The notes below the pieces were generated by a model, which saw nothing but the letters and a program-made list of their open reading frames with translations, was not told where the DNA came from and searched no databases. Below are positions 28,265 through 37,244 of a stretch of DNA of 52,882 nt, piece after piece. This DNA is from Oligoflexales bacterium (lineage in GTDB: Bacteria > Bdellovibrionota_B > Oligoflexia > Oligoflexales > RGVZ01): NCBI GenBank assembly GCA_044344995.1, contig JBIJBX010000001.1:1-52882 (forward strand). Direction: 5' to 3'. The translations under genes and the position numbers were made by a program. Position 1 is the stretch's first letter; the number at the start of each line of letters is the position of its first letter.

Positions 28265-29383
28265 TTAGCTGAGCTCAAACATGCGGTTAAGTGCCAGCAA
28301 AGAGTCCTTTGCGACATTCGCAGGAACGGAAATTTGGTTCACTTTCTCGGCCTTAAAGGCGAGCTGGCTTAGAACCCAAGCCAAGTTGTGCAGGCTGATT
28401 CGATTCATGGTGCCGCACAAGCACGTAAAAGGATTCAGGCTCGTGATCACTTGATTGGGGTGTTGTTTTGCTAGGCGTTCGACCAGATGTTTTTCGGTAC
28501 CAATCGCCCAGCGGCTCCCCGCTGGCGCAGCTTCAACTGTTTTGATGATGAAATCCGTAGAACCAGACATATCCGCTACATCGACAATTTCCATAGCACA
28601 CTCTGGATGCACTAGAATTTTCGTTGATGGTTCCTCGGCCCTGATTTTCTGAACTTGCTGGACTGTGAATAGCGCATGAACGGGGCAGTGCCCTTTCCAC
28701 AACCAGACTTTACGGGACAAAATAGTCTCGGGGCGATGACCGCCTAGGGCTTTTAAAGGATCCCAAAGTAGCATGTCGGCCGAGGGGCTTAAGCCCAAGT
28801 CTTTTGCGATGTTTCGACCCAGGTGCTGATCAGGGAAAAAGAACACATGCCGACCCGTTTCAAGGGCCCATGTCAAAACAGCTCTGGCATTGGAGGACGT
28901 GCAAATAACCCCACCATTGCGCCCCACAAAAGCTTTGATGGCCGCCGATGAATTGATGTAGGTGACCGGGATAATTTTGTCAGCGCCAATTTCACGAGCC
29001 TGGTTCCAGGCATCCGCAACATCGCGCACTTCAGCCATATCAGCCATATCGCAACCGGCGCCAAGGTCAGGTAAGCAGACGAATCGCTCACCCCCCGTTA
29101 GGATGTCAGCTGTCTCCGCCATAAAGTGAACGCCACAAAAAATAATATTTTCCGCACCGCAGTCACGAGCAATCTTGGCAAGTTTTAAACTGTCGCCTGT
29201 CGCATCCGCGTGATCGATAACTTCGTCGCGCTGGTAATGGTGCCCTAATATGACCGTTGACTGGCCTAGAGCCGACTTTGATCGACGCACCAGCTCGTGA
29301 GCATCCGCATTCGATAGGCTCGAAATATTAGTCGGTAAGGGCTCTTGGTGTACCACCGCGTTCCTCGCGAAATTAGACTCCAC
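28265..29383 (-). CDS. nadA: Quinolinate synthase
   Basis: Conserved NadA blocks ILGHHYQ, FCGVHFMAETADIL and ILVHPEC...VDVADMSGST. 372 aa. Confidence 0.9.
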   Translation of the reverse strand: MESNFARNAVVHQEPLPTNISSLSNADAHELVRRSKSALGQSTVILGHHYQRDEVIDHADATGDSLKLAKIARDCGAENIIFCGVHFMAETADILTGGERFVCLPDLGAGCDMADMAEVRDVADAWNQAREIGADKIIPVTYINSSAAIKAFVGRNGGVICTSSNARAVLTWALETGRHVFFFPDQHLGRNIAKDLGLSPSADMLLWDPLKALGGHRPETILSRKVWLWKGHCPVHALFTVQQVQKIRAEEPSTKILVHPECAMEIVDVADMSGSTDFIIKTVEAAPAGSRWAIGTEKHLVERLAKQHPNQVITSLNPFTCLCGTMNRISLHNLAWVLSQLAFKAEKVNQISVPANVAKDSLLALNRMFELS

Positions 29384-29422
29384 GACGGGGTACTTATATG
29401 AAAGGCAACTGGCGGCTGCAAG

Positions 29423-30133
29423 CTAATTCCTGACAATTACTCTCAAGATAAAGCGCAGCGCCATCCAAATCAGGGGGAATAGCAGGAAAGTCATGAATAT
29501 TGAGCGGTTCCCCGCTCTTCCTGGGACTTCGGGCCCACCAATACTACAGCCTGGGGCAAAGGCCGCATGGCCCGAATTACTTGGATAAATACGGGCTAAT
29601 GCTGCACGGTCATCAATGGAAAGGGCGAATTGATTGCGGTCAAGGTTATAACTCATAATCGATTCAGGCATCAAACTGTGTGCTAGACCAATGCAGTGTC
29701 CGATCTCATGAAGTGTGGTTTTGCTGAGTGTCTCAGCATTCATGTCGGGTGCCGCGGCAATGTGGATAGTACAATGCCGTGGTACGCCATCTTGGACGTC
29801 ATCAAAAATACTATATCCAGCGGCAGTTGCGCCGCCTGTAATGGAATTGTCATAGTAAATTGAAATCTGGGCTTGGTGAGTCGCCCCAGACGGGCTGAGT
29901 TGAAGAATTGAACCATCCACTTGACTCCAGATGTCAGCAGATTCGTCGACAATTCCTTGCAGGAATGACTCAAGCGTTGCGTCGGCGGCAATCACTTCAT
30001 AAAACACCTCCGCATTCTCAGCCGTTAGGGGCCACCTGTGCAAAGAGCCATCCACGTCCACTGGTGTCGGATATGCCAGGGCTAGGCCGGGTAGAAGAAG
30101 GCCAATTAAAATGCTAAAGCAATACCTGCCCAT
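29423..30133 (-). CDS. Secreted matrixin-type zinc metalloprotease (M10-like) with a hydrophobic/basic C-terminal tail
   Basis: HEIGHCIGLAH zinc motif plus Met-turn SIMSY. Signal peptide MGRYCFSILIGLLLPGLALA. ATG 30133 lies 9 nt after GGAG. The ORF track start is 30148. Confidence 0.75.
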   Translation of the reverse strand: MGRYCFSILIGLLLPGLALAYPTPVDVDGSLHRWPLTAENAEVFYEVIAADATLESFLQGIVDESADIWSQVDGSILQLSPSGATHQAQISIYYDNSITGGATAAGYSIFDDVQDGVPRHCTIHIAAAPDMNAETLSKTTLHEIGHCIGLAHSLMPESIMSYNLDRNQFALSIDDRAALARIYPSNSGHAAFAPGCSIGGPEVPGRAGNRSIFMTFLLFPLIWMALRFILRVIVRN

Positions 30134-30600
30134 ATGGGGTAACTCCATGTGATGATCCGGTTTTTAGCAAGGTAAAACTGCGAAGTAATATCGATTCGTA
30201 GTGATGGAATGAACCGGGGGGCGGATACCGGTAACCACAGAGGAACCAAGGGTATGATCGTACCCCAGGAGATTTCTCCATAAGGACCGCCGTTTGAAAG
30301 TCCGCCGCCAACTTGGGCAAAAAATCTCCAAAAGCACGACTCGTCACAGACGGACATTCGATAATTATAACCAGCCCCCATTAGGGGCAACTCGCCGACA
30401 ATAAGCGCGCGATTATAAAAAGCGTGCCACGCGTTTGGTTTCGCATACCCCTCAACGCGGTAAGCTTCTTGTCCTCCCGCATTGGGCGCCAATGATAGAC
30501 CGTGCAGCGAGATCTCGTGGAAGCCTTTGCGCGCAGCCACCGCCAACTGCGGCATGCTCAACAGCAAGGCCAAGAGTAACCGATGTAGGGCTCTTTGCAT
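30106..30600 (-). CDS. Hypothetical small outer-membrane beta-barrel-like protein
   Basis: Signal peptide MQRALHRLLLALLLSMPQLAVA-A, glycine/aromatic-rich alternating segments, and a C-terminal ...GIALAF (terminal Phe). Confidence 0.4.
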   Translation of the reverse strand: MQRALHRLLLALLLSMPQLAVAARKGFHEISLHGLSLAPNAGGQEAYRVEGYAKPNAWHAFYNRALIVGELPLMGAGYNYRMSVCDESCFWRFFAQVGGGLSNGGPYGEISWGTIIPLVPLWLPVSAPRFIPSLRIDITSQFYLAKNRIITWSYPIWAGIALAF

Positions 30601-30611
30601 CTGGGCTTGCC

Positions 30612-31292
30612 TTAAATTTCGATGGGGTGAGAAAAGGATAGAACAAACCAATTAAATGGCCATGCTACATAAGCATTCAATTGCTCGCTAGTGCTGTGTC
30701 CGACGAGCACTTGATGCGCAAGTCGTACATCAAGATAATCTATGCTCCAGCGTCCCTCAAGTGCCACCGCTAGCCCCGGTATCTTATAAGAGTCCGTGTC
30801 AGAGTCATCATTGGCCGATTTGATATAACCCCAAGCATAACCGCCACCGATGAGCGTTGTGACCCCAATATTTTTTCTCTGCAGAATGCTTTGGCCAATT
30901 AAAACCAAGCCCGAGAAGTCTTGATCCGTATATCCACGACTGGTGAATTTCGGCCGCTGTAAGTACTGCAGTCGTATTAACGAGCGATCAAACTCCCGTG
31001 CAAGATCAATCTGCGTCCCAAAAACGTAATGATAATATTGCGATGAGGGCGGAACCATCAAGCCTGCAGAAAAACTTGGCCGGATGGATGCGGCTATGGC
31101 GGGCTGCCCTGCGAGCGGAAGCAGCCACAAGCAAATTAAAAAAAATCTGTAAGCAAACGCAAGCACGAGCGGTGCGTCCCCCAAAAATTTTGTTGTCAGT
31201 TCTGGAGTGAATTCTACCAGTTTCCCCAGCAATAGCAGCCCAAATTTAGGGGACTTGATGCCAAGGGGTTTTCGCCTTAAATATCGCTGCAT
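30612..31292 (-). CDS. Hypothetical exported/outer-membrane-like protein
   Basis: Hydrophobic signal-like segment FLICLWLLPLAGQPAIAA, then amphipathic strand-like segments. ATG 31292 lies 3 nt after the fadD stop. GTG 31166 after GGGGGA is an alternative start. Confidence 0.4.
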   Translation of the reverse strand: MQRYLRRKPLGIKSPKFGLLLLGKLVEFTPELTTKFLGDAPLVLAFAYRFFLICLWLLPLAGQPAIAASIRPSFSAGLMVPPSSQYYHYVFGTQIDLAREFDRSLIRLQYLQRPKFTSRGYTDQDFSGLVLIGQSILQRKNIGVTTLIGGGYAWGYIKSANDDSDTDSYKIPGLAVALEGRWSIDYLDVRLAHQVLVGHSTSEQLNAYVAWPFNWFVLSFSHPIEI

Positions 31293-31295
31293 TTC

Positions 31296-32960
31296 TCACG
31301 CGTTGGGGGCTGTTTGGCGAAGTTCACGACGTAGGATTTTACCAATGTTAGATTTCGGCAACTCGTCACGGAATTCAAAACTCCTAGGGCATTTATACCC
31401 AGTCAGATTCTCTTTACAGTATGTGCGCAGCTCATCGACGGTCAGTGATTTATCCCGCGGAACAACAAAAGCCCTCACCGACTCTCCGCTATTTTTGTCT
31501 GGTACACCAATAACGGCTGCTTCTAGCACCTTTGGGTGTTGAGCCAACACCCCCTCAATCTCGTTGGGATAGACATTGAACCCGCTGACTATGATCATGT
31601 CTTTTTTCCGGTCGACGATAAAAAAGAACCCGCGTTCGTCCATTCGGCCGATGTCACCCGTGTAGAGCCATCCATCCTGTAAAACTCTGGCTGTCTCATC
31701 ATCACGATTCCAATAACCACGCATCACCTGCGGCCCTTGCACGATGAGCTCGCCAATTTCTCCCGGCAGTCGCTCAGCTCCCGTTTCGTCGACAATTTTG
31801 GCCAAAGTTGAAGGTAGTGGAATGCCGATCGACCCAACTGGGTTGCTCGTACTGATTGGATTGACGTGCGTCACCGGAGATGCCTCCGTTAGACCGTAGC
31901 CCTCAGTGATCGGCACACCCGTGATACTTTGGAATGTTTTATTGACGTGGTCTTGCAGTGCCATGCCGCCCGCTACAACCACACGTAGGGTTTTAGGCGC
32001 GAGTTCGCGAAAACTCCGACTGTTATTAAGTGCGTTAAATAGGGTATTCACGCCAGTCATGACGCTTATTTGATAGCGCCTGAATATGTCGACCGTGTTC
32101 TGAATCGGAATTGGTTTTGGAATCAAAATAATATGATGGCCATCGGCTAAGAACGCCAGGAAGTTCACACTAAGCGCAAAGATATGGTACAGGGGCAGAG
32201 CCGTGAGTACGGTCTCGCCCCCAGGCGTCAGCGCCTGCTTTGTGACTTCCTGAATTTGTAGCATGTTGGCCAAAATGTTCTTGTGGGAAAGGATAGCTCC
32301 CTTCGATACGCCCGTAGTACCACCGGTGTATTGAAGGACGGCCATGTCGTCCAGGTTAATTTTAGGTGATACAAAATCTGTTGGGTTTGCTTTTGCGATA
32401 GCGTCGCTAAACGACCACGATTGAAATGGGAAGTTTGGGATCATGTTTTTGAATTGCAGGAAAAGACGCAGAGGAATTCTTTTCCACGTTGGTAGTTGAT
32501 CCGCGATCGAGGTAATGATCACGTGCTCGATCTTCGTGTCCTTTAAGATGCCAGCAAGCTTATCGGCGAACATGTCCAGTATAACGATCGCTTTGGCCCC
32601 GCTGTCCGAGAACTGGTGTAGCATTTCACGAGGGGTGTAAAGAGGATTGGTATTAACACAGACCCCGCCGCACTTTAGTACAGCTAATTCAGCGATAAGA
32701 AATTGTAGGGTATTGGGAAGCATAATTGCGACACGGTCGCCCTTATTTATTTGCAATGAATTCTGCAAAAAACTTGCGAATCGGGTCACTGTATTCTGAA
32801 GCTCAGCAAAAGAAACGGTTGTTCCCATGCAAGTAGCAGCCGGCTGCCGCGCATATTTCATTATGGCACGATCAAGACAGTCCGAAATGGACGTGAAATT
32901 TCCAAAGGATATATCGGGAGCAACTGTGGTTGGGTATTGTTTGATCCATCGACGTTCCAT
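31296..32960 (-). CDS. fadD: Long-chain-fatty-acid--CoA ligase (AMP-binding family)
   Basis: AMP-binding motifs YTGGTTGVSKGA, GYGLTE and TGDIG. 554 aa. Confidence 0.85.
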   Translation of the reverse strand: MERRWIKQYPTTVAPDISFGNFTSISDCLDRAIMKYARQPAATCMGTTVSFAELQNTVTRFASFLQNSLQINKGDRVAIMLPNTLQFLIAELAVLKCGGVCVNTNPLYTPREMLHQFSDSGAKAIVILDMFADKLAGILKDTKIEHVIITSIADQLPTWKRIPLRLFLQFKNMIPNFPFQSWSFSDAIAKANPTDFVSPKINLDDMAVLQYTGGTTGVSKGAILSHKNILANMLQIQEVTKQALTPGGETVLTALPLYHIFALSVNFLAFLADGHHIILIPKPIPIQNTVDIFRRYQISVMTGVNTLFNALNNSRSFRELAPKTLRVVVAGGMALQDHVNKTFQSITGVPITEGYGLTEASPVTHVNPISTSNPVGSIGIPLPSTLAKIVDETGAERLPGEIGELIVQGPQVMRGYWNRDDETARVLQDGWLYTGDIGRMDERGFFFIVDRKKDMIIVSGFNVYPNEIEGVLAQHPKVLEAAVIGVPDKNSGESVRAFVVPRDKSLTVDELRTYCKENLTGYKCPRSFEFRDELPKSNIGKILRRELRQTAPNA

Positions 32961-33065
32961 AAAAACCCCATGCGAAAATACTGCCTTTAGCTTACAATAA
33001 AAAGCCGATTGAAGACATTACGAGTTCGCAAAAGATTGCAATCAGCCGTAAAGAGGAGAAAGTAA

Positions 33066-33764
33066 ATGTTGTCCACAATTAAGAATCTGAGAAATTATTC
33101 GAAGTGGGCGCCAATCTTTTTCTCCAGCTGTGTTCTCGCGCTCGTCCTAGCTGCAGCCGATGGCGCAGCCCTTGCGGCTTCTGCGGAGTCTTTAAGTACC
33201 GACGAGCTAAGAGAGCTGCAGGGTAAGTTGAACCAGCGTCAGAACTTGTCCGTCCGTTTTACTCAAATTAGAACGAGTAACCTCAGGCCCAAGAAACCAT
33301 CCACTTCAAGCGGGCGGGCGGTTTTCGCAAAACCGGCGAAGTTTCGCTGGGAGTTCGAAAAGCCGAGCGCGGACATTTTATTGTTTGATGGGCGTAGTTT
33401 GATCAGTTTTAAACCTGGAGAAAAAACCGCAACTCGTTTCAACTCCCAAGCTGAACGCGCCAAAGAGATAAAAGAAGTTATTGATTTTGTGCTGGACTTT
33501 GATGCCCTGCTCAGTCGGTATTCCATTAAGCAGGCGCAGAAAGCCCAAAACGAGATCAGTTTAACCTTGCAGCCCAAATCCCCTGGCGCGATCAGTGAGC
33601 TCAAAATTAATATTGATGGAAAAAGTTACTTTGTAAGCGCAATTAAAATGACATTCCAGAATCGAAATGTCTCAGAATTCAAATTCATTGAACCGACCAC
33701 AGGGGTCGTGCCAATGGATGCTTTCAGTGTTCCGTCTGGGGTGCAGGTGCTCGACGGCGTCTAG
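33066..33764 (+). CDS. lolA: Outer-membrane lipoprotein carrier protein LolA family
   Basis: Signal peptide, then the LolA-like pattern (...RFTQ...SSGR..F.KP.KFRWE...P...LL.DG..L). 232 aa. Confidence 0.6.
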   Translation: MLSTIKNLRNYSKWAPIFFSSCVLALVLAAADGAALAASAESLSTDELRELQGKLNQRQNLSVRFTQIRTSNLRPKKPSTSSGRAVFAKPAKFRWEFEKPSADILLFDGRSLISFKPGEKTATRFNSQAERAKEIKEVIDFVLDFDALLSRYSIKQAQKAQNEISLTLQPKSPGAISELKINIDGKSYFVSAIKMTFQNRNVSEFKFIEPTTGVVPMDAFSVPSGVQVLDGV

Positions 33765-33853
33765 TCAACGGACGCATTGGTTAAATAAGTAACATGTCGG
33801 AAAGACTTCGGTTATTCATTTAAATTACTGATTTTATTAAATAAAACTACCTG

Positions 33854-33881
33854 TAAAGTTTTTATTCATGTCGGCCGATAG
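33854..33881 (+). promoter_or_regulatory. Near-consensus sigma-28 (FliA) promoter upstream of the sigma-54 activator
   Basis: TAAAGTTT (33854-33861), a 12-nt spacer, then GCCGATAG (33874-33881). The consensus is TAAAGTTT-N11-GCCGATAA. Confidence 0.55.
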
Positions 33882-34007
33882 TTAGACAAGGTGTCAGGGC
33901 TTACGACACTTTGTGTACGCGAAAAGCGTTCTGCGACGGCTAAATATCTCTTTGAACCAGGCGAAGGTTTGCCCGATTCATTGAGCAAGACTAGGGAGAA
34001 CTTTGCA

Positions 34008-35570
34008 ATGACTGAGCAGCATGTCAGGTGGGATGAGTTTGATAAAATCCACGTTATCCGAAAACTGCGCGAAATCGTCGGTAAATGGTGGAAGATCCAA
34101 TTAAACTTCACGGACCAAAAAGGACTGCTTCGCGGCGTTCCTGATGGCAAGTTTTTCAACCCTCTAAATCATATTTGCACGGCCATTACATCTAATGCCA
34201 AAGGCTTTGAAGGTTGCCGCGGCACAGCGCGAACGACAACAGCATCCATGACCAACTCGAAAGGTGTCAAAGTCTCTTCTTGCCACGCGGGATTCTCAAC
34301 GGTTTCCGTGCCCATCAGGGTGAACGGCCAGTTTGTTGGCACTGTGTTCGGGGATGGCTTTGTTCTAGAGGAGTCAGCTGCTCAGCAAAAGATCGCTATC
34401 AAGCAATATATGGAGCGCGCATTCCCAGACAAGCGTACTGACGCGATCACGTGGGTTGACGAGCTACCGGTCTTGTCGGCCAAAGACCTGGATTATCTCA
34501 CCGAGCTGGTCAACCTCGTGGTTGAGGAAATCGTGATGACTCACAAAACCATCAACGATCAAGAAGATACTGTCAACGAGCTGCGTAGCCAGCTCACCAA
34601 TCGATATGGTTTCCACAACATGATTGGAAAGTCCGCGCCAATGCAGAATTTGTATCGATTGTTGGAGCGTGTCGCTAACAGTGATGCCACCATATTGGTG
34701 CAGGGAGAAAACGGCACCGGTAAAGAGTTGATTGCTAAAGCCCTTCACTTCAATAGCCCACGCAAGAAAACTCGCTTTATTCCAGTGAACTGCGGTGCGT
34801 TCAACGAGAACCTATTGGAGAGTGAACTTTTTGGTCACGTGAAAGGCTCATTTACAGGCGCTGTGAAGGATAAAAAGGGTCTTTTTGAAGAGGCTGACGG
34901 CGGCACGCTATTCATGGATGAGCTTGGTGAGACCTCAATGGCCATGCAAGTCAAGTTGCTTCGCGTATTGCAAGATGGTACCTACACACCCGTAGGAAGT
35001 AGTCAGGTCCGCAAATCGAATGTTAGGGTTGTGGCCGCGACTAATCGTGATCTTGCGAAGATGGTCAAAGACGGGACCTTTCGTGAAGATCTTTACTACA
35101 GATTAAACGTCATCAATGTAACGGTTCCGCCGCTGCGGGACCGACGTGATGATATTAAGCTCCTTTGTGATCACTTTTTGGCGTCCCATGTAAAAGGTTC
35201 CAATAAGCAGGCAAAAGTTATTAGCTCCGATTGCATGGAAATTTTGATGAACTATGAGTGGCCAGGAAACGTGCGCGAGCTTGAAAATGAGATCGAAAGA
35301 CTATGTGTCCTCGCAGGTGATGACAAAGAGGTCTCGGCTGAATTCCTCAGCCCTCGTATTACTAACCTCGTTAAGTCGGGGTCAGCAGGCATCAAGTTTG
35401 CCGGGAGTTTGAAGGGTACGATGGAAGAGGTGGAAAAGCAGATGATTTCCGAGGGTCTTGTTAAGCACCGCTACAATCGCTCAAGACTGGCGAAAGAACT
35501 GGGCATGAGCCGTGCAAGTTTGATTTCAAAAATATCAAAATACGGACTAGACGATAAAACGGGCAGCTAA
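34008..35570 (+). CDS. Sigma-54-dependent transcriptional activator with an N-terminal PocR-type sensory domain
   Basis: PocR-like block C..I....GFEGC...SCHAGFSTVSVPIRVNGQFVGTVFGDGFV. AAA+ core with GENGTGKE, ESELFGH and GSFTGA. C-terminal Fis-type HTH. ATG 34008 follows GGGAGAA. The ORF track start is 33891. Confidence 0.9.
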   Translation: MTEQHVRWDEFDKIHVIRKLREIVGKWWKIQLNFTDQKGLLRGVPDGKFFNPLNHICTAITSNAKGFEGCRGTARTTTASMTNSKGVKVSSCHAGFSTVSVPIRVNGQFVGTVFGDGFVLEESAAQQKIAIKQYMERAFPDKRTDAITWVDELPVLSAKDLDYLTELVNLVVEEIVMTHKTINDQEDTVNELRSQLTNRYGFHNMIGKSAPMQNLYRLLERVANSDATILVQGENGTGKELIAKALHFNSPRKKTRFIPVNCGAFNENLLESELFGHVKGSFTGAVKDKKGLFEEADGGTLFMDELGETSMAMQVKLLRVLQDGTYTPVGSSQVRKSNVRVVAATNRDLAKMVKDGTFREDLYYRLNVINVTVPPLRDRRDDIKLLCDHFLASHVKGSNKQAKVISSDCMEILMNYEWPGNVRELENEIERLCVLAGDDKEVSAEFLSPRITNLVKSGSAGIKFAGSLKGTMEEVEKQMISEGLVKHRYNRSRLAKELGMSRASLISKISKYGLDDKTGS

Positions 35571-35574
35571 GAAG

Positions 35575-35602
35575 AAAAAAGGGGCCCGAAAGGGCCCCTT
35601 TT
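35575..35602. terminator. Bidirectional rho-independent terminator
   Basis: AAAAAA-GGGGCCC-gaaa-GGGCCCC-TTTT, lying between two convergent genes. Confidence 0.85.
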
Positions 35603-35620
35603 CGTATGCGGCAGTTAGAA

Positions 35621-35899
35621 TCAGTTGACCACTTTTTTAAGTTCATCAGCAAAGACCCCGAGGGCATCTCCACTGGGAGCAGCAGATTGGGTCTTCATAA
35701 TCTTGTCAATCGCCACGGCATCATCAAAATCATCCGCGGATATGACGCCACGATCGTCCAGAAGCTTTTTTAGGCTGGCGAAGACTTCCATGTATCCCGC
35801 ATTGATTCGCATTAACTCGTCAACTTGGTGTTTTGTTCTGTAAACCTGAGCTCCAAGCTCCAGGATGGTTCGTTCGAGATATTCGATCTTAGCCTGCAT
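35621..35899 (-). CDS. Hypothetical small helical/coiled-coil protein (92 aa)
   Basis: ATG 35899 is preceded by GAAGGAAGG. Heptad-like N-terminus (KIEYLERTILELGAQVYRTKHQVDELMRI). No recognisable family. Confidence 0.45.
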   Translation of the reverse strand: MQAKIEYLERTILELGAQVYRTKHQVDELMRINAGYMEVFASLKKLLDDRGVISADDFDDAVAIDKIMKTQSAAPSGDALGVFADELKKVVN

Positions 35900-36021
35900 A
35901 GATATACCTTCCTTCTGGGTCAAGATAGATCGGCTGGATTCACCAACCTGCTTTAGAAGGCTTCGGCATTAGGTTTTGTCTAGTTTAGGTTTGGGGCTTG
36001 TGAGGTCGCCGAGTGGTTGAC

Positions 36022-37116
36022 TCAAGTCGCTAAACTTACAGCAGTTTGAGGCAATTGTGCGCATTCTTTTGATAGCCGCAAGTTCAACTCCCTTAGGTCG
36101 CAAAGTTTCAATGCCGCCAGTGATTGCGCGGCTTCCTCTTCGGCGATAGAGAAGTTGTCTGAGTAGATGTTTGAAATGTGAAAAACCTGCAGGGCCTTGG
36201 CATTAATCGCGGTTGCAAGGAGTGCGGCTTGATAGGATGTCAGGTGAAACTTTTTTTGCGCCTTTTCCCGATCACGGTGAATATAATTACTTTCGCAGAT
36301 CAATAGGTCAACACCGCCCGCAGCAAGATTCACAAGTCGCTCTAGATTGTCAGCTCGGAAAATCATGTCCGTTACATACATCAATTTCTCGCCGGGCCTG
36401 GGCAGAAGAATCTTATTAGCTAAATCCTGAGCGTCCCATTTGGTTCCGTTGACATCAATCTGACCGTTCAGGTTGCCAAGGACCGCTAATTTTTGGAGTT
36501 GGCTGATCCACGGACCAGGGGTCAATTTTAAATGGTTAAACGCATTTTTGGAGACTACATGGGAGGAAGGCATCTCCATACAAAATGCCAGGACTGGCGT
36601 ACCGTGATCGACGCAGACCGCCCTAATGCTCAGACCGCTCATAGTTGTTAAATGAACGCTGGTTTCCGCGGCTCCAGCAGAAATAACTGATGCAGTTGAG
36701 TAAAGATTAAGGGGGATCGGTTCAAACTGATTGTCGTTAGTTAACTTCGCGGCGGTTGCCTGTCCCAACGGATCGATTTCATGAACAACGAAATTGACCT
36801 GCCCATTATCCAGGAGATTCCAAGTATAGGCTTTTAGTTTGCTCTGGACATTCGCAATGATGCCTGATGGTCCGATGATTTCAAGAGTGCGAAAGTGCGG
36901 AACATTGACGCGAATTAAACGATCAAAGCCAACGAAGTGATCAAGGTGCGTGTGGGAAATAGCGACAACCCTTATACGCAACAGCTCTTTGTTGGAAAGT
37001 GTCTCCAGTGATCCCGCATCAAAAAGAATGCAGTCTGAGGATTGACTTGGCTGCACATAGACGGCAGGGTCGCCACCAAGACCATTCACTAGTTTTACAT
37101 TAAGATTACTTAACAT
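36022..37116 (-). CDS. Metallo-beta-lactamase-fold hydrolase, RNase Z-like
   Basis: ISHTHLDHFVGF (HxHxDH), VDHG, and a C-terminal H.T...A...A pattern colinear with RNase Z / ElaC. An extra tail of about 60 aa. ATG 37116 is chosen over TTG 37128. Confidence 0.6.
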   Translation of the reverse strand: MLSNLNVKLVNGLGGDPAVYVQPSQSSDCILFDAGSLETLSNKELLRIRVVAISHTHLDHFVGFDRLIRVNVPHFRTLEIIGPSGIIANVQSKLKAYTWNLLDNGQVNFVVHEIDPLGQATAAKLTNDNQFEPIPLNLYSTASVISAGAAETSVHLTTMSGLSIRAVCVDHGTPVLAFCMEMPSSHVVSKNAFNHLKLTPGPWISQLQKLAVLGNLNGQIDVNGTKWDAQDLANKILLPRPGEKLMYVTDMIFRADNLERLVNLAAGGVDLLICESNYIHRDREKAQKKFHLTSYQAALLATAINAKALQVFHISNIYSDNFSIAEEEAAQSLAALKLCDLRELNLRLSKECAQLPQTAVSLAT

Positions 37117-37164
37117 TATTCGCTTCAATTCAGTTTTTAATTAAGACTGAGCTTTACGCTTCTA

Positions 37165-37195
37165 TAGATAAAAGACCTCTCCACTGGAGAGGTCT
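37165..37195 (-). terminator. Rho-independent terminator downstream of the LRR-like gene
   Basis: 11-bp stem AAGACCTCTCC/GGAGAGGTCTT with a 3-nt loop. On the minus strand it is followed by UUAUCUAU. Confidence 0.6.
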
Positions 37196-37244
37196 TATCA
37201 GTCTAATTTTGCTCAATACAAAACATTTCTAAAACCGTTATCAC

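Noticed and set aside
33866-34159. Minus-strand 97-aa ORF overlapping the 5' end of the sigma-54 activator gene
   Set aside because: It is antisense to a strongly supported gene and promoter region. It has no Shine-Dalgarno sequence and no recognisable domain.
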